Assembly: GCA_027459365.1 (NCBI GenBank)
Contig: DAIDIM010000194.1
Span: forward strand, 1 to 29,190
Origin: Chlamydiota bacterium
GTDB taxonomy: Bacteria > Chlamydiota > Chlamydiia > Chlamydiales > SM23-39
Reading direction: 5' to 3'
Length of the DNA stretch: 29,190 nt
Made by a program: the position numbers and the translations under genes. How positions within the stretch are numbered: position 1 is the stretch's first letter; each line of letters starts with the position of its first letter. Positions 17,351 through 25,394 of this stretch are shown in pieces. A model generated the notes under the pieces. It was not told where the DNA came from and searched no databases. It saw nothing but the letters and a program-made list of their open reading frames with translations.

Positions 17351-17506
17351 ATGTTAGGTATTGTACTTGTTATTATTTTGATTTTGCTCTTGATTGGATC
17401 CATTCCAAGATGGGGTTTTAGTAGAGGCTGGGGCTACACGCCGTTCAGTATTTTGACGACCCTATTGGTCATCCTACTCATTTTATGGTTACTGGGTGTA
17501 TTTTGA
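17351..17506 (+). CDS. DUF3309 family small membrane protein (51 aa)
   Basis: MLGIVLVIILILLLIGSIPRWGFSRGWGYTPF... matches the family pattern LLIG.LP.W..SR.WGY.P. ATG 17351. Confidence 0.85.
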   Translation: MLGIVLVIILILLLIGSIPRWGFSRGWGYTPFSILTTLLVILLILWLLGVF

Positions 17507-17530
17507 TCTGTCAATTTCAATGTTGACAGA
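17507..17530. terminator. Small hairpin between convergent DUF3309 and flotillin genes
   Basis: TCTGTCAA-N8-TTGACAGA; weak, AT-rich stem. Confidence 0.35.
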
Positions 17531-17544
17531 CCAAACCATTAACC

Positions 17545-18879
17545 TTACTTCGCTGCTGTTTTATTGAGTTGTCCCAAAAATTGAGGCAACTCTAAACCAG
17601 CCGTAGCAGCTACATCATGCAATGCAGGTAGCGATTTTGTGAATTGACTAATAAAGTTTGCAGTTGATGATCCTTTACCATCAGCGTTACCTCCGCTATC
17701 CCAAACAGTGATCTTATCAATCTTAATATTTTTGATCGCTTCTACTTGGAGTTTCACAATCTCTTCCAATTTCTCAATCAAGAGCATTGTTGCTGCACTC
17801 TTGGCATCTTCGCCACAGGCTTCAAAAAGCTGCTTGTAACCGGCAGCTTTAGCATCTAAAAGCTTTTGAATCCCTTCAGCTTCAGCTTGACGAATGGTGA
17901 GGATGGCTTCCGCTTCTCCACGAGCAATAATTGCCTTACTCTGGGCTTCTGCTTCTGCTTCAATTTGGATTTTTCTACGTTGGATTTCTTGGGGGACAAT
18001 TTGTTCTGCTTCCAACAGTTGTGTTTGTGCTAGCGCGCGGGCTTTTTGGATCAATGCTTCGGCATTTTGCTTTGCAATTTCACTGCGCTGAGTAGCTTCT
18101 GCCTCTTTTTCAGCTAAAATTGCATTGGTCAAAGCCATTTGTGCTTTGGAATCGTTTTCCCCCTTCACAGCCTCTGCATGGTACGAAGCCACCATCACTC
18201 TCCGATCTCTTTCAGCTAACGATTTTCCAATATCCCCTTGCTTTTCTTGCTCAGCTACATCCACTTTTGCTTGATTTACCGCCATAGAGGATGCTTTCAT
18301 CCCAATGCTCTCGATATAATTCGATTCATCCGTTATGTCGGTAATGTTGACATTCAAAAGGGTCAAACCAATCTTATGTAACTCAGGCTCAATGTTTTTC
18401 TTAATTGAATCTAAAAATCTTTCTCGATCTTGATTGATCTCTTCAATGCGCAATGAGGCAACAGTCAGACGGAGCTGACCAATGATGATCTCGGTTGCCA
18501 TAGACTCAATTTCTCTAGGTCCCAAATCGAGCATGCGGACGGCTGCATTGTTCATTATTTCCGGAATGGTTCCAACGGCTACCGTAAAGGTGCTCGGCAC
18601 ATTGACACGAATATTTTGATGGGAAAGGGCCCCTTTCAATGGGATATGGATTGTGCGCGGAGTTAAATCGAGGAACGCATACCCTTGGATCAATGGCCAA
18701 ATGAATGTCCCTCCACCATGATAGCATTGCACAGTCTTGCTTCCGGCTACCCTTCCATAGACGACCAAAACCTTATTTGAAGGGCATCGGCGATACAATT
18801 TCGCCAAAAAATAGAGAGTTGAGAAAATAAAGAATAAAAAACCCAACACTGTCATGTTTAAGTAGGAAAGATTGAACAT
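17545..18879 (-). CDS. Flotillin / SPFH domain protein
   Basis: N-terminal TM; GGGTFIWPLIQ; SPFH domain; Ala/Glu-rich EA coiled-coil; IDKITVWDSG tail. Confidence 0.9.
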   Translation of the reverse strand: MFNLSYLNMTVLGFLFFIFSTLYFLAKLYRRCPSNKVLVVYGRVAGSKTVQCYHGGGTFIWPLIQGYAFLDLTPRTIHIPLKGALSHQNIRVNVPSTFTVAVGTIPEIMNNAAVRMLDLGPREIESMATEIIIGQLRLTVASLRIEEINQDRERFLDSIKKNIEPELHKIGLTLLNVNITDITDESNYIESIGMKASSMAVNQAKVDVAEQEKQGDIGKSLAERDRRVMVASYHAEAVKGENDSKAQMALTNAILAEKEAEATQRSEIAKQNAEALIQKARALAQTQLLEAEQIVPQEIQRRKIQIEAEAEAQSKAIIARGEAEAILTIRQAEAEGIQKLLDAKAAGYKQLFEACGEDAKSAATMLLIEKLEEIVKLQVEAIKNIKIDKITVWDSGGNADGKGSSTANFISQFTKSLPALHDVAATAGLELPQFLGQLNKTAAK

Positions 18880-18888
18880 AATGAGCTC

Positions 18889-19398
18889 CTATAATGGAAT
18901 AACGATTACTGTATTAACACCTGCTTTTTCAATGATTTTTACTCTGCTAAATGATGGAATTTCTCTATCTTGATGAGAAATGGCCTCAATTTCGTGAATA
19001 AAATGTTGCAAAGTCACAGAGACTTTCCCTGTTCCACCATTCGGTATACGCTGGTAGACATACGCCTCTTTTCCGATCGCTTCCTCGATACGGAAAACAC
19101 TCCCATCGCTATGAATCTTCTTCGTCAATCCATAGAGATAGTGAATCACAAAGATGGCCCCAAAACCTGCAATCAAAGAAATTGCAAGAGTTGGCATCAT
19201 TGAAAAACCAAACTCTATTTGACAAGTGAGAGCCGACCAGCCAAACATCATCAAAAAGCCGGTAATTGCCTGCATAGAGAGCCATTTGAACTGCTTACTC
19301 TCCGAATCCCCAACCCCAAGAATATTGATCAGAAACTGAATCAAAAACAGCCCAGAACCGGCTAATGCACAAAACCAAAAAGCTGAAATGTTCATCAC
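18889..19398 (-). CDS. NfeD-like membrane protein (short form), flotillin partner
   Basis: Three hydrophobic segments plus OB-fold-like IGKEAYVYQRIP...GKVSV; directly upstream of flotillin. Confidence 0.8.
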   Translation of the reverse strand: MMNISAFWFCALAGSGLFLIQFLINILGVGDSESKQFKWLSMQAITGFLMMFGWSALTCQIEFGFSMMPTLAISLIAGFGAIFVIHYLYGLTKKIHSDGSVFRIEEAIGKEAYVYQRIPNGGTGKVSVTLQHFIHEIEAISHQDREIPSFSRVKIIEKAGVNTVIVIPL

Positions 19399-19463
19399 AA
19401 CTCCAAGTCTTTGCCAATAGCTTACATGCTATGACAATAAAACTCATAGAGAAAACTGTCATA

Positions 19464-19539
19464 AAAGAAGACGTCCTCCCTCTGTTTGAACTATTCGATA
19501 TTTTCGAATAGTTGCTTCGGGACGGAGCCCTTCTTCTTT
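19464..19539. repeat. Degenerate intergenic palindrome with perfect 10-bp core
   Basis: AACTATTCGA (19489-19498) / TCGAATAGTT (19504-19513), with imperfect outer arms AGAAG..TCC.TCCC / GGGA.GGA..CTTCT. Confidence 0.45.
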
Positions 19540-19565
19540 GTAAATCTCTTTAATACAGTGATGAT

Positions 19566-20159
19566 TTACGCATGAACGGTAAAATGACCCTCGGCTTCTG
19601 ATACTTTGTTGATGATTTCTTCTACATTATAACGTTCAGAATCATAAGGTCCTGAAATGTAAAATGGCTTTCCTTCCTGGCCGAAGGAAAATTTTCTCTC
19701 GTATCTTAAATGGGATTCAATAAATGAAGATGGTATTCCATGCCAACTTGCATCAGGGGCAATATGAATCGTTTTTGCAAAATCAATAGCTCCAAGAATC
19801 AAGCTACGAGCATCCTGATAGGAAACAGTCTCTAAATCACCGCCTTGGCTGTAGATATATCTTAAATCGGTTTGAGAAACCCCAAATTTTAGCATAGTGT
19901 CTTTGAGTCCTAGGCACCAAAAATCCACTAAATAGCTGATAAAAACATATGAGGCATTCGTAAGTTTTCTTGAGATATAAACAGGAGAAATTCCTATGTC
20001 TTCCCAATCTTTAAGAACTTTGCATTCATGAACTGGAAATTTGGAGCATTCAAAAGTTGCTGGAATCTCGCCCCCTTTTTTTAGAACTCCATAACAACAA
20101 AACTTAAACTTCTTTCCGCTTCCGCATAGACATGGTGCGTAGACATCATTCATAGACAT
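19566..20159 (-). CDS. SEC-C motif-containing hypothetical protein
   Basis: N-terminal APCLCGSGKKFKFCC; remainder unassigned. Confidence 0.75.
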   Translation of the reverse strand: MSMNDVYAPCLCGSGKKFKFCCYGVLKKGGEIPATFECSKFPVHECKVLKDWEDIGISPVYISRKLTNASYVFISYLVDFWCLGLKDTMLKFGVSQTDLRYIYSQGGDLETVSYQDARSLILGAIDFAKTIHIAPDASWHGIPSSFIESHLRYERKFSFGQEGKPFYISGPYDSERYNVEEIINKVSEAEGHFTVHA

Positions 20160-20348
20160 GACCTTTTAATATTGTTTGTGTGTTACCTTTTTGTCTTCCA
20201 AAATCTGGCTTCAAGCATCTCTTTTGCCTTGATTTATGTCAAAATATTGTCTTACACTGTAGCTTTTTTTATCACATGGATTCATCCGCCACATGCCCGT
20301 CACATGATAATGAGCAAAAACAACTCTAAAACGATAGGAGATTAAGAA

Positions 20349-21206
20349 ATGAAAAAAGATTTAGTTGAAAAAACTCATCACCAAACTTTCGAATCGCTCA
20401 GGCAAGAAGAAGATGGATGCGAATTTTGGAGTGCTCGCAAATTGTCCAAAATTCTTGAGTATTATGAATATCGCAATTTTCTTCCAGTTATTGAAAAGGC
20501 CAAAGAAGCGTGTAAAAACAGCGGTCTCAGCATCCTCGATCATTTCGTTGATATCCACGAAATGATCGAAATTGGTAAGGGAGGGAAAAGGCAGGTCGAA
20601 GATGTAAAGCTATCTCGGTACGCCTGCTATTTGGTTGTACAAAACGGTGATCCAGCAAAGCCTGTTATTGCCAATGGGCAAACTTATTTTGCAATTCAAA
20701 CGCGGAGACAAGAACTTGCCGATAATCAAGTTTTTCAGCAGTTGAAGGAAGATGAGAAACGGGTTTATCTCCGAAAAGATCTTCGAGAGCACAACAAACA
20801 GTTAGTCGAAACAGCTCAACAATCTGGTGTAGAAACTACTCTTGATTTTGCCATATTCCAAAACCATGGTTATAAAGGCCTCTATGGAGGACTCGATGCA
20901 AAGAATATTCATGAACGAAAAGGACTGAAAAAGAATCAGAAGATTTTGGATCATATGGGAAGCACCGAACTTGCTGCAAATCTTTTTAGAGCCACTCAAG
21001 CTGAAGATAAGCTTCGTCGAGAAAGTATCAAAGGAAAAAACAAAGCAAATCAAATTCACTTTGAAGTAGGTACGATAGTACGGCAAACTATTGAAAAGTT
21101 AATGCGAATTCCGACAACCTCAAGACGGATGTTAGGTCAAAAAATAATAAGTTATATACCGCGGAACGCTAAACATAACTCATTGATAATAAAAGAATCT
21201 GGGTGA
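20349..21206 (+). CDS. dinD: DNA damage-inducible protein D, probably C-terminally truncated
   Basis: FWSAR, LSRYACYLVVQNGDP, QTYFAIQTRRQE, DHMGSTELAANLFRATQAE motifs. After RQTIEKL (~21100) the sequence no longer looks DinD-like and runs into the tRNA. Confidence 0.82.
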   Translation: MKKDLVEKTHHQTFESLRQEEDGCEFWSARKLSKILEYYEYRNFLPVIEKAKEACKNSGLSILDHFVDIHEMIEIGKGGKRQVEDVKLSRYACYLVVQNGDPAKPVIANGQTYFAIQTRRQELADNQVFQQLKEDEKRVYLRKDLREHNKQLVETAQQSGVETTLDFAIFQNHGYKGLYGGLDAKNIHERKGLKKNQKILDHMGSTELAANLFRATQAEDKLRRESIKGKNKANQIHFEVGTIVRQTIEKLMRIPTTSRRMLGQKIISYIPRNAKHNSLIIKESG

Positions 21207-21272
21207 TAGGATTCGAACCTACGACCTCTTGCACCCCATGCAAACGCGCTAGCCAAGCTGCGCTACACCCAG
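21198..21272 (-). tRNA. tRNA-Pro(GGG)
   Basis: CTGGGTG/CACCCAG acceptor stem with discriminator A; D arm GCGC/GCGC; anticodon arm TTTGC-AT GGG GT-GCAAG; T loop GTTCGAATC. CCA not encoded. Confidence 0.97.
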
Positions 21273-21527
21273 ATAGTCTGATGGTAGTTCTTGAAATTGA
21301 AATTCTGACTTTTTGAATTCTTTGAGACCATGTTTGGCACAATTTTCAATGATCTTTTCTAAAGTATCTCCCGAATTGAGATCGAGAGCACTAATATCGA
21401 CCGAAAGGGAAGCTGCAAGGATGACTCCATTACGAAGCCCTTGCACTTTAAAATTGGCGTAGATAGCCCCTTTTTTTCGAGTCACATTCACAAATCGTAT
21501 CAAGTTATTTTCAGCTAAATCTTTCAT
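21249..21527 (-). CDS. Hypothetical protein (92 aa) whose 3' end overlaps tRNA-Pro
   Basis: GGAG RBS before ATG 21527; fills the tRNA-ung interval; globular-looking composition. No family recognised with confidence. Confidence 0.65.
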   Translation of the reverse strand: MKDLAENNLIRFVNVTRKKGAIYANFKVQGLRNGVILAASLSVDISALDLNSGDTLEKIIENCAKHGLKEFKKSEFQFQELPSDYLGVAQLG

Positions 21528-21600
21528 AGAAATCTCCAAGAGATGATTTTAGTACCATCTATTTCTTTCTGTCAATGAGCCATTTTGCTAAAATTTACTT

Positions 21601-22293
21601 ATGAATTTTATTGAGATTCCTATGGATCCATCTTGGAAAGGGCGATTGCAGGTCGAGTTTGAAAAATCTTACATGAAATCGTTAAAAGAGTTCCTTCAAA
21701 CAGAAATTGCCTCTAAGACGATCATCTATCCTCCGATGAAACAGCTGTTTAGTGCCTTTGACTTGACCCCATTTGATCAGGTCAAAGTGGTCATTATGGG
21801 ACAAGATCCTTATCATGGTCCCCATCAGGCAGAGGGTCTCTGTTTTAGCGTTCCTAAAGGTGTTCCGATCCCTCCGTCGTTACAAAATATTTTCAAAGAG
21901 CTCCATTCAGAGTTCAATCTACCCAAACCGAGCCACGGCTCTTTAGTCTCATGGGCAAAGCAAGGAGTTCTTCTGTTGAATGCGACTTTGACTGTGAGAG
22001 AAAATCAGCCAAAGTCCCATTTTGGTCGTGGATGGGAAGAATTTACAGATCAAGTGATTCAGATGTTAGCAGAAAAAAAAGATCCGATCGTTTTTCTCCT
22101 TTGGGGACGATCTGCCATTGAAAAATTTGAACATTTCCATAAAAAGCCCCTTCCACATCTGGTTCTAACAGCTCCCCATCCTTCACCTCTTTCGGCATAT
22201 TCTGGTTTTTTCGGATGCGCCCATTTCTCTAAGGCAAATGCATTTTTAAAAGCGCATGGGAAAAGTGAAATTGACTGGAAATTACCAGAATGA
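21601..22293 (+). CDS. ung: Uracil-DNA glycosylase (family 1)
   Basis: GQDPYH, PPSLQNIF, GVLLLNATLTV, HPSPLS motifs. Confidence 0.97.
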   Translation: MNFIEIPMDPSWKGRLQVEFEKSYMKSLKEFLQTEIASKTIIYPPMKQLFSAFDLTPFDQVKVVIMGQDPYHGPHQAEGLCFSVPKGVPIPPSLQNIFKELHSEFNLPKPSHGSLVSWAKQGVLLLNATLTVRENQPKSHFGRGWEEFTDQVIQMLAEKKDPIVFLLWGRSAIEKFEHFHKKPLPHLVLTAPHPSPLSAYSGFFGCAHFSKANAFLKAHGKSEIDWKLPE

Positions 22294-23206
22294 ACTTACA
22301 AGAGAGAATTGAGCAGATTCTTGCAAGTACACCTCCCAATATTTTACGTCTTGCGCGCGAGGAGCTCTCTTCAAGTTATCGAGAAAAAAATTCTTCACAT
22401 TCTATTTTTTCAGATCGTGCAAAAAGGCTTGCCTATTTAGCGACCCGTTTTCCGGCAACGTTTGCAGCTGTACAAGAAGTGTGTAAACAGCCACCTGCGA
22501 CACATTACTGGATCTGGGAGCAGGACCTGCTACGGCAACACTGGCTATGCTTGATTTGCATCCCCATCTCAAGGCAATTCTTGTTGAACAAAATTTAGAT
22601 GCAATCACACTTGGTAAGCAATTACTAGATGGACATACCTGGATTTGCAAAGACATGAAAGAATTCAAAGAGCTTCCAAAAGCGGACCTTTGTATCCTTT
22701 CCTACTCTTTAGGGGAAATAAAGCCATTTGGAACGTTTTTAGAACGTCTTTGGAATGCCCCGATCGATACAATTGCGATCATTGAACCTGGAACGCCGGC
22801 AGGTTTTCAAACGATTTTAGAAGCAAGAGATCTTTTTATTACAAAACATGCAAATATCATCGCCCCTTGTCCACATGCGTTTCAATGTCCGTTGAAGGGA
22901 AAGGATTGGTGTCACTTTTCAGCGCGCCTTGAAAGGACAAAACTCCATCGTCTTTTAAAAGGGGGCACACTCGGATATGAAGATGAAAAATTTTCCTATT
23001 TAATTGTCTCAAAAAAACAACACCCGATTAAAGGCGATCGAATCCTCCGTCATCCATGCAAAGGGAGCGGTTTTGTCCGTTTTAACCTTTGTACAATGGA
23101 TGGAACAAATCAAGAGAAGGTTGTTTCAAGAAAGGATAAAGAGCTCTATCGCAAAGCACGAGATGCTAAATGGGGAGACTTATTTCAAAAAGATCCCGAT
23201 CATTAA
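22290..23206 (+). pseudogene. Rsm22/METTL17-like SAM methyltransferase split by a 1-bp frameshift at 22487-22504
   Basis: ORF1 has YLATRFPATF. The SAM motif LLDLGAGPATA (from 22505) is in the frame of ORF 22547-23206, which carries IEPGTPAGF, APCPHAFQCP..DWCHF and YEDEKFSY. Joined product would be ~305 aa. Confidence 0.75.
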
Positions 23207-24035
23207 CTTTGAGTACATTGTTATAAGATTGTACTTGTTTTTCTGGGAAAGAGATTCTGAAAGGATCGAAATAGGGCAAAGGAATTTCTTCATATTCACC
23301 AATAAGTTTCGCTGGATTGCCTGCAAAGGCCTCTTCAATGATCGAAGGCCAGTCTTCTTCATTTCGATGTCCCCAGGTGCGCGCCTTCCACAAACATTCC
23401 TCTTTGGTTCGGACCCAGCTATAATGATGGACAAATGGCTTTTGATCTAGTCCAACGACTTTTTCTCTTTTAGGTCCAGAGTGCGTTAGAAATGCACCAA
23501 TTCGCTCCAATTCATTCATCAGTGTGAGTGGGGAAAATGTGCATCTCTTCACAAGGAGTGGTAAATTCACAACTTTTTTGGAACGAATCGAGGGTTTCAC
23601 TGCATACAAGTAAGAGCCTATGCGCAGTGCTTCATAAGAAAAATATTCGCCACTGATGAGCCATTCTCGACACCTTTCTCCATTTACAATTTCATCGCTA
23701 TCTAGAAAGAGAAGATATTCATCTTTCGAATAGTAATATCCAATGTAACGTGTCGTTGCAGCCCAAAATTTGGACCATTCAGGATCATTGGGAGAAATTT
23801 TGTGAAAAGAACTATAGATTCTATTGGGAAGATACGAAAACTCTATGAATTGGCAAGCTGGATGCATTTGATAAGTTAGATCTAACAAATGTCTATTTTC
23901 AGGAGTTCCGTCAAAAAAATGATCACATGCAACAATGGTGATCTGATTTGAGAATTTTTTTACTTCTTGAATGCATTTAGAAATAAAGCGAAAGTCGTTT
24001 GTACAGTAACTAATTACCGTTCCTACATTATTCAT
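23166..24035 (-). CDS. Putative GT-A fold glycosyltransferase-like protein
   Basis: N-terminal beta-alpha pattern; YLLFLDSDE with DxD motif; C-terminal HHYSWVR. Confidence 0.6.
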   Translation of the reverse strand: MNNVGTVISYCTNDFRFISKCIQEVKKFSNQITIVACDHFFDGTPENRHLLDLTYQMHPACQFIEFSYLPNRIYSSFHKISPNDPEWSKFWAATTRYIGYYYSKDEYLLFLDSDEIVNGERCREWLISGEYFSYEALRIGSYLYAVKPSIRSKKVVNLPLLVKRCTFSPLTLMNELERIGAFLTHSGPKREKVVGLDQKPFVHHYSWVRTKEECLWKARTWGHRNEEDWPSIIEEAFAGNPAKLIGEYEEIPLPYFDPFRISFPEKQVQSYNNVLKVNDRDLFEISLPI

Positions 24036-24119
24036 TTCTTAAATATAAAATATCTTGCACATTAATGCGAGGAAAAGTAATTGGAGGAATATCGAGTATA
24101 TATACAAAAGAGGGAAAAA

Positions 24120-24302
24120 ATGGCAAATAATGCAAATGGAAGTAGTAATACAGCTATCGTTGCGATCATCGTGATTGTAGTTCTTGTACTCATCGCTGGT
24201 ATCTCTTACTGGGGTGGTTGGTGGGGAGGACAAGAAAAAGGTGGCGCAAATAAAATAAAAGTCGTCAATCCACCTGAAGTGGAAGTCATCAAAAAACACT
24301 GA
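24120..24302 (+). CDS. Small single-pass membrane protein (60 aa)
   Basis: AGAGGG RBS before ATG 24120; MANNANGSSNTAIVAIIVIVVLVLIAGISYWGGWWGG... with one strong TM segment. Confidence 0.65.
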   Translation: MANNANGSSNTAIVAIIVIVVLVLIAGISYWGGWWGGQEKGGANKIKVVNPPEVEVIKKH

Positions 24303-24306
24303 TCAA

Positions 24307-24471
24307 CTCGACTTATGTCTTTTTTGAAAGGCAGATCCGAAGGAGGCGTCCGATGATTTTATTATTTTTTTTGCGAGTTAATAGCAGCAACGTCCCTATT
24401 GACGAGTAAAAAAACAATAAAAGCGCGGACGCTCTCACCGGAGATGCCATCAAAAAATGACATAAGTCGAG
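24307..24471 (+). mobile_element. MITE family A, copy 2 (165 bp)
   Basis: CTCGACTTATGTC...GACATAAGTCGAG termini, flanked by ATCAA at 24302-24306 and 24472-24476. Confidence 0.9.
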
Positions 24472-24480
24472 ATCAAGTGA

Positions 24481-24514
24481 AAAAGCCACAGAGAATCAAT
24501 TCTTTGTGGCTTTT
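24481..24514. terminator. Probable bidirectional intrinsic terminator
   Basis: AAAAGCCACAGAGAA...TTCTTTGTGGCTTTT stem with A/T tails; one G-T pair. Confidence 0.65.
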
Positions 24515-24737
24515 CCCCAGTCAATGTGGGAAAGTTGTTCAAAACGTGTTTGTAACCCTTTTTTAGATTGTTCATACTTTTAAAAATGTTCATAAAGGGT
24601 CAAGAATCAACAACCTTTTGACAAGTTATAGACTCTTTTTTTTCATTGATTCTCTGCTCGGAGTTACGAACATTTCCACAACGACTAAAGAAGAAGAGAA
24701 TTCTATACATATATTAATATTCTCCTATAATACAGCC

Positions 24738-25394
24738 ATGTTTCGACAAGTGGATTTTTTTTCACTGAATGATTTTGCACATGCATCTCTTTGGAGAGAA
24801 AATGGATTTCTATGGGATCCTTTGCTCACAATCGAAGTCTACCTCAAAAGCTTCTCTCATAATATTGAAGTCATTATACCTGAGAATGTTACTCTAAAAC
24901 ATAAAGAGCTTATTTCAATTGGTGAAGGGACTATTCTTGAACCAGGAGTCTTTATACAGGGTCCTTGTGTTATTGGGAAAAACTGCACAATTCGACACGG
25001 AGCCTATATACGGAGCAATGTTATTTTAGGAGATGAAGCAATATTGGGTCATTGTTGTGAGATCAAAAATTCGATCGTAATGAATGGGGCTGTTGCTGCC
25101 CATTTTTGTTACGTAGGGGATAGCATTTTAGGACCAGGTGTCAATTTAGGAGCTGGTGTAAAATGTTCTAACTTAAGGCTTGATCGTGCGGAGATAGCGG
25201 TAAAGTATGGGGAAACAAGAATCAATACAGGTTTGGTGAAGTTAGGTTCGATTTTAGGTAGCGGTGTCCAAATTGGTTGTAATGCTGTTTTAAATCCCGG
25301 TACTATTATCGGACGAGATAGTTTTGTTTACCCATTAATGAATATCGGTGGCTATATTCCAAGAGGAATGCAAATTAAAAAAACGTATGTTTGA
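24738..25394 (+). CDS. Hexapeptide-repeat (left-handed beta-helix) transferase, GlmU C-terminal-like
   Basis: IGEGTILEPGVFIQGPCVIGKNCTI, HFCYVGDSILG, NLGAG, KLGSILG...IGCN. No N-terminal nucleotidyltransferase domain. ATG 24738. Confidence 0.85.
   Translation: MFRQVDFFSLNDFAHASLWRENGFLWDPLLTIEVYLKSFSHNIEVIIPENVTLKHKELISIGEGTILEPGVFIQGPCVIGKNCTIRHGAYIRSNVILGDEAILGHCCEIKNSIVMNGAVAAHFCYVGDSILGPGVNLGAGVKCSNLRLDRAEIAVKYGETRINTGLVKLGSILGSGVQIGCNAVLNPGTIIGRDSFVYPLMNIGGYIPRGMQIKKTYV

Noticed and set aside
23656-23670. 15-nt exact match (ATGAGCCATTCTCGA) to the left end and flank of B1 inside the GT-like gene
   Set aside because: No partner TIR or internal B sequence nearby; it encodes ordinary residues (CREWLI). 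Treated as chance or an unprovable remnant.
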